Assembly (NCBI GenBank): GCA_964016885.1
Contig: OZ024744.1
Location: 99,882,001-99,946,000, forward strand
Length of the DNA: 64,000 nt
From: Eledone cirrhosa
Lineage: Eukaryota
Direction of reading: 5' to 3'
This document shows, in pieces, positions 11,387 to 23,790 of this stretch. Made by a program: the position numbers and the translations under genes. The notes under the pieces are model-generated. The model was given only the letters and a program-made list of their open reading frames with translations. It did not search any database and was not told the origin of the DNA. The number at the start of each line of letters is the position of its first letter. Within the stretch, counting starts at the first letter, position 1.

Positions 11387-13218
11387 CCTTGAATCTCAGT
11401 CATTGATGTTGGTTAACTGGAAAGTCCGTTGGATTGAATATCAAGCCACTACCTGCAGCCTCAGATATTCAGGACGTATCGGAGGGTTCTTGCTGTTCCA
11501 AGCAAGCATGCCTTTTGAAGCGTTCCAAAAAGCGTGAGGGGGCCGATTTTCTTTAACCATCCCTGGAAACCTTTGGAGATAGTCCCCAGTGCGCCTATGA
11601 CAATCGGGATCACTTTGACTTCATGGCAGTTCCAAATCCTTTTCACCTCCCACTTTAGGTCCTGGTATCGGTTAATTTTCTCCCTCTCCTTCTCTTGCAC
11701 TCTCGTGTCGAACGGGCAGGCCACATCCACAATCAGGCACGATCTTTTTTCTTTGTCCACAACCACCAGGTCAGGTCTATTGTGTTCCAGTTTTTTGTCC
11801 GTCTGTATCCTAAAATCCCACAGCACCTTCACCTGATTGTTCTCCATCACCGCCTCTGGCCTATGCTCATACCATTTCTCAGAATGTGGTAGATTGTTTA
11901 CTTTGCACAGGTGCCAGTGGATCACCCTGCCCATCACATCGTGTCTCGAGCCCTTATAGTGGGTCTGGGCTAGGTGTTTACACTCGGACACAATGTGAGC
12001 CACAGTCTCCTCTCTCTCTCCACAGATCCTGCACAGTGGGCTGGCCTCCTCCTTGTAGATATGGTGCTTCAACCACTTCGTTTTGAGGGCCTGCTCCTGC
12101 GCAGCCATTAGCATTCCTTCTGTAGCCTTTTTGAGGTCTCCTCTTCTCAACCAGTTCCATGTCTGTGGATCTCTAAATTCAGTTTTCTCAAAGAAGGTAC
12201 TATGAAGGGGTTTTCCCTTAAGGCTGCTCTTCCTCCTTGATGTTATTTCCTCCCTGGACATCCCCTGGCCTACTGTCCCCTCCTTCAGTACAGCTCTGAG
12301 CATTGGCTCCTTACTATAGGTCACGTATTTGTATAGGTTGTTTTTCTCCATCTGAACACACTCCTCTATGCTGATAAGACCTCTTCCACCCTCAGATCTC
12401 CTTAGGTAGAGTCTATCGACATCACTCCTCTTGTGGAACATGTTGTAGATAGTCAATAGCTTCCTAGTCTTCCTATCCATTTCTTTCTGTTCAGCAACAT
12501 TCCATCTCAGAATTCCCGCACTGTACCTAATAATAGACACAGCTCGGGAATTTACTGCGCTTATGGCATTTCTGCTGTTCAGATGTGACTTCAATACGCT
12601 CCTTACTCTCCGAATGTATTCAGTTCTTAACAATTCCTTCATTTTTTTGTTCTTTATGCCATCAGCCTCCAGAACGCCCAAATACTTGTATCCTTCCTCA
12701 GAGTCAATTTCCTTTATCATCTCACCTGTTGGTACCTGGATCCCGTTACTTCTGCTCAACCTACCCCTCTTCATCACAATGACTCCACATTTACCAATAC
12801 CAAACTGCATACATATATCACTGCTGAAAATACGGACAGTGTCAACAAGCACATCCAACTCCTTCTCACTTTTCCCGAAGAGCTTAAGATCGTCCATGAA
12901 GAGGAGGTGATTGATGGTAAGCTCTCCCCTTCCCAACTTGTATCCTGCTCTCACTTTTCGCAGCATAATGGTCAAGGGCATCAGGGCAAGGACAAACAAC
13001 AGAGGGGACAGGCTATCTCCCTGGAAGATACCTCTCTTGATCTTCACGCTTCCCAAGGATACTCCAGTTGATGTCAACTCTGTCTCCCAGGACCCCATAC
13101 TCCTGCCTAGCAACTGTCTGATGTTATCCGCCACCCTGAAGATCTCCAGGCTTTTGGTGATCCAGGAATGAGGCACCATGTCAAATGCCTTTCTGTAGTC
13201 TATCCATCCCATGGCAAG
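11387..13218 (-). mobile_element. 5'-truncated R4/Dong-like non-LTR retrotransposon (RT + CCHC + restriction-like endonuclease), uninterrupted frame
   Basis: WIDYRKAFD, GIFQGDSLSP, FMDD, CRICGEREETVAHIVSEC, RHD, RPDLVV, DVACP, LGTARTLR; flanked on both sides by (TAA/CAA)n. Confidence 0.92.
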
Positions 13219-13223
13219 TATTA

Positions 13224-13261
<38 letters not shown>

Positions 13262-13262
<1 letters not shown>

Positions 13263-14206
13263 CAGGTGACTGGCACCTGGAATGTTGCCAGGCACTCACT
13301 ACCCTCTACCAAGCGGGCAATGCGATCAGTGGAACTTCCACTCTCGAGTTCTATAGAGGATTAGTGGTGGGCAAGTGCGATGACGCACTCGGAGAAGCTT
13401 TGGGCCTCGACGAAGTCGAACTGACCAGTCTATACCGGAGGACTTTTGAGCCGGGGACGATGGACAATTTCCAGAAATCCCTCGCTTGGCAGTGCTACCG
13501 TGGGGGGGGGGGGGGCACTGCCGGTTCGGGATAAACTCTACAGGCACGGAAGTGCTGTCAGACGGACCTGCCCAAGATGCGCACAGAACGACGAAACCGT
13601 TCTGCACGCACTTGTCCAATGTCCGTGCATTACTGACTTGTGGAGTTATGTCGAACAGCTACTGTCGCGTGTGGAACGAATCCGGGTATCGGCCGAGTCC
13701 ATAGTGAAGATCGACCCGCCGTCTTCCGTAGGTCAGGAAGAGCAGGACAGACTGAAGACAGACACTTTTCTCTTCGGCCAATCCCTCATCAACTTCTTCA
13801 AGTTCCACCTGGAAAGGAGGGTGAGGGTGGAGAGAGAAGTGCTGTTCCCCAGTACATTTGCTAAAAGGTGGGTGAATGTGGCGAAAATGGCTCGTGTGAA
13901 TGGGCCTACTCTGACCATGCGCCTATAGGCTAGCTAACTAGAGGAGAGGGGTGCTCTCCCTGGGTGCCCTAGAAGCGGAGGGTGGTTCAGGATTGGTGGG
14001 GTACCCGAATCACCCCAGGGTCGTCCACCCCCTATCAGGGAATTTATTTTGTTATATTTATGCATAGTTTATTTTATATTTTTATATTTTCATTGTTAAA
14101 TTAGTCTTGCCATTGTGCACTTTTACCCGACCTTATTGTAAACCCCCCACTGTCCCTGTCTGTGTATTGTTCCCTACATGTCGGCCCTTGTGGTTAATAA
14201 ATGAAA

Positions 14207-14208
<2 letters not shown>
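13262..14208 (+). mobile_element. L1/Tx1-clade LINE 3' fragment
   Basis: zf-RVT-like LAWQCYRG..ALPVRDKL..CPRCAQNDETVLHALVQC with a frameshift in the poly-G run; AATAAA then (ATT)n. Confidence 0.8.
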
Positions 14209-14237
<29 letters not shown>

Positions 14238-14370
14238 CATTGTTATTAATATATGTGTATGTATATGTGTATGTATGTGTGTATATTTTTTTTCTCGTGC
14301 AATGGCCATACTCGATAACGAGGGGGCAGCCATCATGTATGTATGTATGTATGTAGGTATGTATGTATGT

Positions 14371-15760
14371 TCTTCTGGTTTTATAGTTTCACAAAGTTTT
14401 ACCAATAGAGAGAGAGTCGGTTTTTAACATAGACACAAGACTCTCTCATTGGAATTTACACATCAACTAGGTAGATATGTATGTATGCATGCATGTGTTC
14501 ATATGGATGTTATTGTATGTGTGGAAGTTTTGAGTTGTATATGTGCATGTGTATATGCTTTGTATATGTGTATATGCAGTTATTAGATGCCAAATTTTTG
14601 GAATGTTTTACATATTTTTACTGTTCCATTAATGGATTGTATTTGTAATTTCCTAACTAGTTGTGTTCTTTCTGTTCCTGTGAAGCCTAGCTTCTCAAGA
14701 TTTGTATTGAGGCAGTTACTAACATATCCCAGTGCCCCAATAATCACAGGCATAAATCTGAAGGTGTAATCAGGGTGGAGTATCTGCAGATTTCTCATCA
14801 GTTCTGCATAAATCCACTAATATTTCCACTAATCTTCCACTAATCTTTGATATTAAATTGACATCTGCTGGGCAGCTAATTTCCACTACTGTGCATGTTT
14901 TCTTCTCCCTGTCCCATATCATAATATCTGGTCTGTTATGCCTGCATTTTATTGGGGTTTTTACTGGAACATTCCACCAGTACCCTTTCAAATTATGTAC
15001 ATGGATGTCTTCCACATTGCTATAGCTTTTAATGTGTTTATTATCGTGGCTATCTTTTTTACGAACTGCATTGTACAGTGTTTTGGCCACTACATCATGC
15101 CTCATAGGTAGATAGTACCGCGATGACATCTTCTGACAGCTGCTGATGACATGGGTGATATTCTCGATGTTAGTTCTGCAGAGTCTGCACTTGTTATCAC
15201 ATCTAGGTATTTTGCCTGCATCCCTATCTCTTTTGTGAATCAGGTATTTCGTGCTAATCTCCTGTTCCTGGATTGCAAAAGCGTATCCTTCAAAGTGGGA
15301 GCCAATATAGCGGTTGTTGGTCCAAGATAGACTACTTTCCTTATCTATATTACTCTCATTCTGGAGCTTCCTGGCAACATATCCATGCATGATGTCTTGC
15401 TGATAGGCATGCAGTTTTTCATCCATGGATTCACTGCGATACTGTTGAGCGACATCCCTGGGTGTGAGTTTTTGATTATCACACAGGGAATATCTCTCAA
15501 GGAGTTTCTTCCCAACTCTCATGATCTTATCTGTCTCATGCAGATAGACTTGCTCGAGAAGCGGGCTCCTACGCTTCGAGGTTCGTAGATGTTGTCGGAG
15601 AGATATGATGCGACATTCAAATGTTGTCTGGACTGATGTTAGGCCACTGCCTCCCTGCTTACGTTTCAAGTAAAGGCGGTCTATGTCACTGTTGATGTGG
15701 AAGTTTCCGGTGTTGTTCAGTATTTTTCGAGTTCCAACATCAGCTGCTCGGATTTCGTCT
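14371..15760 (-). mobile_element. Second R4/Dong-like RLE LINE fragment, decayed
   Basis: DIDRLYLKRKQGG, IQEQEI, CRLC..HVISSC, RHD, NRPDI, EISCP, PVIIGALG; frame broken by a TCCACTAAT triplication near 14814-14845. The 3'UTR extent (14371-14582) is tentative. Confidence 0.85.
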
Positions 15761-15870
15761 GAATGTATGTATGGATGTATGTGGGTAGGAAGGTATGTAT
15801 GTATGTATGTATGTATGTATGTATGTATGTATGTATGTATGTATGTATGTATGTATGTATGTATGTATAT

Positions 15871-16495
15871 GTCAGGTCACCAGTTGGTGCTACTGGTAAC
15901 ATGTATCCCAATACAACCTGTCTCATGGTCGGGTCGTTGGCGGCTAAACTGGCAACCCCACCAAGGTTTCTTGGTGAGGAGGGTGACTTTGGACGTCCTG
16001 CAGGACTAAAGAGAAAGCCTGTCAAAGGGCAGGGGAGATCTTTAGTAGTCAATGGCCATCCAAAATCACCGAGAGAGATGACCCCTTAGCCTTTGTCAAG
16101 GCAGAATTCTAGGAGAAGGAAGACTCTGATATAACACCTGCAACCCTGATGGTATCTAATGATGTTGACTTGTTATTCTTTTTGGTAAATATCATCTTGG
16201 TTAAGAGAGTGGGACTGGCTTTGTGCAGTGCCTTTGCTCACTATAAAAGCTTCACGGCACAGGCATTGCTTTGTATCTGGAGATCTCTCTGCACTTGTCG
16301 TCACATGGTACCATGGGCCCAGCACTATGTGTCAATAATTGTCACAAGTGTAGTGTTTGTACCAGAGTTTTCAAGTCGCTGGCTGGACTAAAAAGTCACA
16401 CTCGTTCAGCGCATCGGTAGGGGTTCTCCTACATGGATATAAAGTAGTGGCCGTACTCGAAAACGAGTTGGCAGCCACCATGTATGTATGTATGT
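15871..16495 (+). mobile_element. Non-autonomous bipartite RTE derivative (family 2, copy 2)
   Basis: Colinear with 3239-3845; lies between (ATGT)n tracts. Confidence 0.88.
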
Positions 16496-16970
16496 AGGTA
16501 GGTAAGTATATAGATATATATGTAGGTATATACGTAGGTATATATGTATGTAGATATATATGTAGGTATATATATGTATATATGTAGGTATATATGTATG
16601 TGTGTATGTATGTATGTATGTATGTATGTATGTATATATGTATGTGTGTATGTAGTTAGGTAGGTAGGTGTGTTTGTATGTATATATGCATGTGTGTTTA
16701 TAAGTGTGTTTTCTTTTTTCTTAATTTTTAGTTTATTTTAATTTTTAGTTTATTTTTGACCGGCCACCTTCCTGGTGGTAAAGTTGTGTAGAAAAGTAAG
16801 TTTCTGTTGTCCTTTGTATAAACCTTCTTCCTTTGAATCGTAAGAATGTGTTACAAAATTTAAAGGTTCCAGATATCAAATATTTGTAGATCATGAATTA
16901 AGGAGCTATGTTATTTCTCCACAAATCCTAGTTCAAGCGGGTTGGTGTATAACCTGTAGCTCCAATAATA

Positions 16971-17150
16971 ATTGTTTCTACTTTTAGAACAAGGCCAGCA
17001 ATTACCCCAGTACATTACTGGTACTTTATTTTATAGACCCCCATAAGGATGAAAGGCAAAGTAAACCTTGGCGGGATTTGAACTCAGAACGTAAAGAGCC
17101 ATAACTCAATGCTGTAAAGCATGGCGTCTGACCCTCTACTGATACTGCCA
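16971..17150 (-). mobile_element. SINE family A, near full length
   Basis: Colinear with 28024-28208. Confidence 0.85.
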
Positions 17151-17306
17151 ATTCATAATGATGGTTATTAAGCTGAACATGTATCTTGGATACTGGATCT
17201 GCAAACCCCTCATCAATGGTTCACAGCTAGTCACCTTCTCCTGTACTTTTCTTACCATATTGACATCAAGTGTGCAGCTGACCTCTATAACAGACGATGT
17301 TTTTAA

Positions 17307-17527
17307 CCCTTTGGCATTTAAACGAGCCATATCCGGCCAGAATTCTCTCACCTCTTTCTGTTCAAACTGGCTGTAACCGACCGCTGATACTGATGTTAAG
17401 GTATTGTTTTCAAAATAAATAATATCAAAATCTCATAGATACGATATTATATGAGGTAATTATGTGAGGTAAAGCCTTTACCATGAAAATACAATAGTAA
17501 ATATAGAGTAGTGTAAATGGTAAAGGG
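17307..17527. mobile_element. piggyBac-type MITE, copy 2
   Basis: TTAA-CCCTTTGGCATTTA ... TAAATGGTAAAGGG-TTAA; colinear with 1793-2014. Confidence 0.9.
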
Positions 17528-18321
17528 TTAATGTGTGGTCCCAAGCAACAATACTAGGTCAGTTATGCTTTAATTTGGTGGCAGTTTTTATTTTCAGGTT
17601 CCAGCAGTATTTCTTTGAGCAATAAGTCTCAACATATTCCTACCTATTTGATTTGATTTTCATCTTCCATAATGGATCGTTCTAGCTATTGCATCATGCC
17701 TCATGGGGAAGTAGTAACAAGAAGACAGTGTGATATGGGAAAGAAAGAAAGGGAGAGGGAGAGCGAGTAATGCTGATGTCAAAAAGAATATGCTACATCT
17801 TATTAGTTTCATTTGTATGATAAGACAGTAAGCATGCACATACACATTGAAAGTTTCGTGGCTAAAAACAGTGGTCTTTGTTTTGCACAGACTAGTGTAA
17901 ATGTCAACTGATTACCCTCTTCTTTGTACAGTAAGTACTTGGTAGAGATTTCTTTTTCCTGGATTACATGGAGATATCCTTTAAGGTGAGAGGTTATGAA
18001 CCTGTTGGAACTCCATGTCAGGCTTTTGGTATTGTTTATACCCTCTATGGTCTGTGCTTTTCATCTCAAGTATCCATGTACAATTTCTTAGTAAAGTGCT
18101 ATATTATTTAATTTGTTTTGAGTATTGAGTAGAGTTTTCCAGTATTCCTGGTAGTGAGATGTGAATCCAACTTTTATTCACCTTGACTATTCATCAGTGG
18201 CTACCCTAATAATATTATTAGTTTCATGCTTATAAACCTCAGCGAGATAGCTGCTGACCTTTTTCTTGTTGAAGATGTTGCTTCAGTGTTATTATGCAGG
18301 TCTCTTATGATGTTATTAATA

Positions 18322-18506
18322 TATGTGTGTGTGTGTGTGTGTGAGTGAATGTGTGTGTGTATGTGTGGGTGCATGTGTGTGAGTGTGTGTGCGCGTGTGT
18401 GTATGCGCACATATGTGCGCATGTGTATGTGAGTGTGTGCATGTGTGTGAGTGTACATGTGTGTGTGTGTGTGTGTGTGTGCGTGTGTGTGCATGTGTGT
18501 GCATAT

Positions 18507-18550
<44 letters not shown>
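18322..18550. repeat. Degenerate (TG)n microsatellite
   Basis: Direct inspection. Confidence 0.95.
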
Positions 18551-18599
18551 AGGAACTTGGAAGTACTCAGTTTGATGCCAAAGCACACGGTTAGCCCCA

Positions 18600-18805
18600 G
18601 GAAGTGAGAGACCCTTGATCTTTCTTAAGACATCATTCTAGAAGGAGAACTCTGGTGTAAAACCTTCAACTTGATGGCAGCCAATGATGTTGACCAGTTT
18701 GTCTATTTGGAAACCTATCACCATTGTACAGAGAGTGGAATTGGTCCAGTGTAAGGCCTTTCTTCACTTGAAAAAGCTAAATGACTTTCATGTATGATGC
18801 ATGGG
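18600..18805 (+). mobile_element. Diverged RTE-type 5'UTR fragment
   Basis: ATTCTAGAAGGAGAACTCTG..AATGATGTTGAC..AGAGAGTGGAATTGG, similar to 3470-3590 and 7430-7560. Confidence 0.65.
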
Positions 18806-18880
18806 CGAGCATGGCTGGGAGAGCATGGCTGGGCGAGCATGGCTGGGCGAGCATGGCTGGGCGAGCATGGCTGGCCGAGC
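18803..18880 (+). repeat. 14-bp tandem repeat, about 5.5 units
   Basis: Unit GGGCGAGCATGGCT. Confidence 0.95.
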
Positions 18881-18914
18881 CCAAAACGGTTTTTATTTTT
18901 CTGTAATATATAAG

Positions 18915-19056
18915 GGCAGTGGATTGGCAGTATCGGTAGAGAGTCGGACACCAAGCTTTGCAGCATAGAGTTACGGCCCTTAATGCACTGGGGTCGATTT
19001 AATCGACTTTCCACTTCCCCCAAATTACTGGCCTTGTGCCTATACTAGAAATCATT
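18915..19056 (+). mobile_element. SINE family A with internal deletion
   Basis: Head GTGGATTGGCAGTATCGG (reverse complement of ~28188-28205) joined to tail TAATGCACTGGGGTCGATTTAATCGAC. Confidence 0.75.
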
Positions 19057-19411
19057 TTTCTGTAGTATATGCAGAAAAGAATGTATGTTTTTGGAAGTGC
19101 TAAAAGTCACGTTTGTGACATCCATTCTTGACCTTATGCCTCAATTAGAAACCATTATCTAAATAAATATATATATTTAAAAAAGACAAGAGTTGAGTAA
19201 TTTGAAGCTGCACCCACCAACCTCCATTTATGGTGTGTGTGTTCATCCATACATAAATACACACACACCAGCACCACTAATTGACCTAAACTCCCAGCCA
19301 CCACTAATGCATACACAGTTTCATGTAAGCATGAAAACATCCATAGATACATATACAATATATTTTGACGGTTGTTGACCTTGCATTTATATATATATAT
19401 ATATATATAAA

Positions 19412-19470
<59 letters not shown>

Positions 19471-19471
<1 letters not shown>

Positions 19472-19971
19472 TATATTGGTAAAAGGAAAAGAAAATGCTG
19501 ACAAATTGTTCCCAGTGAAAAAATATTTAATTAGGAATAAGTAAAAATTAGTAATAGTATTGGTTAGTATTCAGTTTTGGTTTTAAGTTTTACCGGTTGC
19601 GCATTTCTAATGCTTTTCAAAAATAATTTTGAGATAGAGCGCTCGTGATGTTTACTCTAATCTGATTAGTTTTGGAAATTCTACCTGTTTTATGTAAAAA
19701 AAAGTGGCTCCAGATGTATGAAAAACTTGTTGTGGTCAAAACAATTTTGATTGGTCGGTAGAGGTCATGTGAATGTTAAAAATTGATTTTGCGCCAAAAG
19801 TAGGTTTGTATCGGCTGATGGAGAAGTCACTGAAAAATAAGTCTTTCAAGACAAATATGTGTGTGTGTGTAGTAGTAGTAGTAGTAGTAAAGAGGTTCGT
19901 TGTTGTGATAATGGTCAGCAGGGATGTGTGTGCGAACCGCAGCCTGTTGACAGTTCAAATGCCTATTAAGA

Positions 19972-20061
<90 letters not shown>

Positions 20062-20543
20062 TGCGCGTGTGTGTGTGTGTGTGGCAGAGTAATTCGTGGT
20101 AGAGGGATGGTCAGTAGGAATGTGTCTGTACGTGTGTGGGGGATATTTTAACATGTTAAAAGATATTTTTCAGCTCTTGCCTTATACGGAGAAGTGTGTG
20201 TGTGTGTGTGTGTGTATGTCTCTTTGTATGTTAATGTACACGTGTGTATGTGTGTGTGTATATATGTGTGTGTGAGAATGTGTGTGTGTATCACAAAAAT
20301 ACTGGTCCACCCACACACACACATTCTCACACACACACACACACACATATATATACACACACACATATACACACACACATACACACGCGTACATTAACAT
20401 ACAAAGAGACATATACACACACTCACACACACACTTCTCCGTATAAGACAAGAGCTGAAATATATCTTTTAACATGTTAAAATATCCCCCACACACGTAC
20501 AGACACATTCCTACTGACCATCCCTCTACCACGAATTACTCTG

Positions 20544-20578
<35 letters not shown>

Positions 20579-21073
20579 TCTTAATAGGCATTTGAACTGT
20601 CAACAGGCTGCGGTTCGCACACACATCCCTGCTGACCATTATCACAACAACGAACCTCTTTACTACTACTACTACTACACACACACACATATTTGTCTTG
20701 AAAGACTTATTTTTCAGTGACTTCTCCATCAGCCGATACAAACCTACTTTTGGCGCAAAATCAATTTTTAACATTCACATGACCTCTACCGACCAATCAA
20801 AATTGTTTTGACCACAACAAGTTTTTCATACATCTGGAGCCACTTTTTTTACATAAAACAGGTAGAATTTCCAAAACTAATCAGATTAGAGCAAACATCA
20901 AGGGCGCTCTATCTCAAAATTATTTTTGAAAAGCATTAGAAATGCGCAACCGGTAAAACTTAAACCAAAACTGAATACTAACCAATACTATTACTAATTT
21001 TTATTTATTCCTAATTAAATATGTTTCACTGGGAACAATTTGTCAGCATTTTCTTTTCCTTTTACCAATATAT
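19471..21073. repeat. ~1.6-kb foldback palindrome (arms ~0.8 kb, ~23-bp spacer)
   Basis: ATATATTGGTAAAAGGAAAAG... / ...CTTTTCCTTTTACCAATATAT; ORFs 19773(+) and 20774(-) translate identically; spacer ~20290-20312. Confidence 0.95.
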
Positions 21074-21103
21074 CATAACTCGTGTGTTACACCTCTATTC
21101 TTT

Positions 21104-21160
<57 letters not shown>

Positions 21161-21329
21161 TTATTTATATATATCTATATTTATTTAGGTTTGAAGGTTC
21201 ACCACTGGATAGAGCTTGTCATTCCGTATGGTCAATCTTGATCTAATAATATGGAGTGTACTCAAAGTTAAGCAGCTCAACGGTCTTCGTTTGTGTAGTT
21301 GGTAGTGCTAGTACGGAGTTAAATATTAT

Positions 21330-23100
21330 AATAAAATGACAGGAGGCTGAACTTGTGTAAATCCTTGAAACGTTTATTATACTATGATCATTTCAATGAC
21401 CGGGTTCCGTATGAATCCGGTGATATCATCAGGTATTCGAAATATAATAAATGAATGTAACAGATAAAATCCATGAGGACGACCGACCATCTAGCATCTT
21501 CCACTTTAGCCGGTCGCCCTCAAGTGCTGGCTATTCGGTCTACTTGAGGCTATCTGGTGAGGGAGCGAAAGCTTATAATGTGCTACTAACCTCCCGTTCA
21601 AAGAGAAAAAAAAGACAGAGAGAAAGAAGAAAAGTCAGCGTTAATGTCATGCCACAATCAGGCTAGGAATTGCCACGAAAAATGTTATTCTAAAGAACCT
21701 ATATCTTAACAGAGGTATATATTATAACAGAGGTATATATAGTGGGCGTCTGCATGGTATAATGTGTGAACAGAAAATTGGAACATGAAATTTTTGTTTA
21801 GATTTATCATTGTACACGACACTAGAATATCTCCCCCTGAGAACCACAATACTTATAACCCGGACTATCTGGGGACCTAGATATAGTCTATTTGCGCTTT
21901 TCATCGGGTTTTATAATTGATTACACACGATGATCCGACTGGTGTGGTGGTTTCCCGGCGCCCTGGTGCATAAGCCTCCCTTGAGTGCTTGGAAAAATAA
22001 ATTTCCTCTTCTTTCGGTAAATGAAATTACTCGGAGCGGCTTGCTTCGCCCCGGGGCCCGCCGCCGTTTTTGACCGCCATATTGTACCTTTAAATTCTAG
22101 GCCTAATCATAACTATTAGCTGTATCATGCCTCCCTCTACTGGCACTTAAATAAATCCCCCTCCTGTGTAAATTAATAGTACTCGTTTGGTATAACGCTG
22201 GCCTAACGACGATGGCTGACTTCCCACCAGCACACCCGAAGCCTAGAACAGTTACATTCCTCGAGTGCTCTGAAAAATTGATTTCCATATCTCTCGCTAG
22301 ACGATTTCACTCGGAATGGCGGACACGTGGTTAGGATGGGCTGGCCGGAGTCTGCAGTCGTCGCGTGCTGTTTGACTGCTAAACAAGGACTTAATCTTTG
22401 CTCTATATCCCACCCTGAAAATTTATCGTGGATCTCTATAATACACTTAAAGTCTTTTCATAAAAGACTCTCTCTGTAAATTCTTTAACTAAATCTCGCA
22501 ACCTAAACCATGCATTTTTTAAAAACTGTTTAATTTTTAATTTTTAAATTTTTTTAATTTATAATTTTAATCTTTAATTAAATTTTTTTTTATTTCATCC
22601 TCTAAATCTAAACAAAAATTTAACGTTCCAATTTTCTGTTCACACATTATACCATGCAGACGCCACTATATATACCTCAGTTATAATATATACCTCTGTT
22701 AAGATATAGGTTCTTTAGAATACCATTTTTCGCGGCAATTCCTAACCTGATTGTGGCATGACATTAACGCTGACTTTTCTTCTTTCTCTCTGTCTTTTTT
22801 CTCTCTTTGACCGGGAGGTTAGTAGCACATTATAAACTTTCGCCCCCTCACCAGATAGCCTCAAGTAGACCGAATAGCCAGCACTTGAGGGCGACCGGCT
22901 AAAGTGGAAGATGCTAGATGGTCGGTCGTCCTCGGGTCTATGATTTTCAGCCCCATGGATTTTATCTGTTACATTCATTTATTATATTTCGAATACCTGA
23001 TGATATCACCGAATTCTTACGGAACCCGGTCATTGAAATGATCATAGAATAATAAACGTTTCAAGGATTTACACAAGTCCAGCCCTCCTGTTATTTTATT
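21330..23100. mobile_element. Non-autonomous element with ~480-bp terminal inverted repeats and ~800-bp core
   Basis: Arms 21330-21806 and 22603-23100; mirror ORFs 21451(+) and 22978(-) differ by a 21-bp indel. Confidence 0.85.
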
Positions 23101-23101
23101 T

Positions 23102-23168
<67 letters not shown>

Positions 23169-23790
23169 CTTTGTTATATATTATATATATGACTTTGTCT
23201 AGTTTGTGTATATGTAAATCTTTATATTTGATAATCTCCCATAAGGTTGAGATGCAATTTAGGCAATATTAGGCTGCGCTTTCTAGCAACCAGCCCACTC
23301 GCCGTAAGGCACCAATCACATTCTTTCTGACTTGACCACTGCCACGTCACAGTTCTTAGCCATTTTGAATTCGTTTCTGGCGGGGATCATTTAAAAAAAA
23401 TCTTCGTCCAAGTGAGTTTGTTTCCTGGTGATTTCGAAGCTCGGAAATTTATCCATGATCGGATATTTCCAAAAGCGAATGAAACCCTAAAGGGTAGAAA
23501 AGTGATCCTGGTATGTTTATATGCATTTTTTCTTCTAACTTTAATGTTATACCTAATTGTGTATGGTTGACGATATATTTAATCGATTTCCACGTGCTAT
23601 TCTATAGCTGTTGATCGCGAATAGATGGCTGTCGTTTATTTATCTATTATTTCTTCATAGGAGCCTTTTAATCTTATAGCCTGGTTTAATTGTTTTGTTT
23701 TTTTTGTGTGTGGTTGATTATGCTAATTGGGAGAGGAAATAGTGTATATATCTTATCAAATGATTCTATGGACATAATTTATAGTATATA

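Larger units (their letters stand above)
7346..14370 (+). mobile_element. Near full-length RTE-clade LINE with nested insertions in its 3' UTR
   Basis: 5'UTR 7346-7650; APE-RT-C2H2 coding region; the 3' terminus CTCGTGCAATGGCCATACTCGATAACGAGGGGGCAGCCATC(ATGT)n at 14294-14370 is linked to this 5'UTR by the deletion derivative at 29071-29422. Confidence 0.85.
16830..18310 (-). mobile_element. Third, heavily decayed RLE LINE, interrupted by a SINE and a MITE
   Basis: YYFPMRHDAIAR, PSIVAWD, VIEVSCTLDVN and IIGATG motifs in order on the minus strand. Confidence 0.7.

Noticed and set aside
18201-20774. His/Thr- and Cys/Val-rich ORFs
   Set aside because: These are translations of (CA)n/(TG)n microsatellites; the same applies at 2291-2580, 2869-3393, 15683-16089 and 26250-27349.
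21190-21310. 5S rRNA-derived sequence (AAGTTAAGCAG)
   Set aside because: Only a short motif matches; the rest does not follow 5S.
22997-23040. Other CTGATGA occurrences as hammerheads (also near 1513 and 31350)
   Set aside because: There is no correctly placed GAAA with stem I/III pairing.
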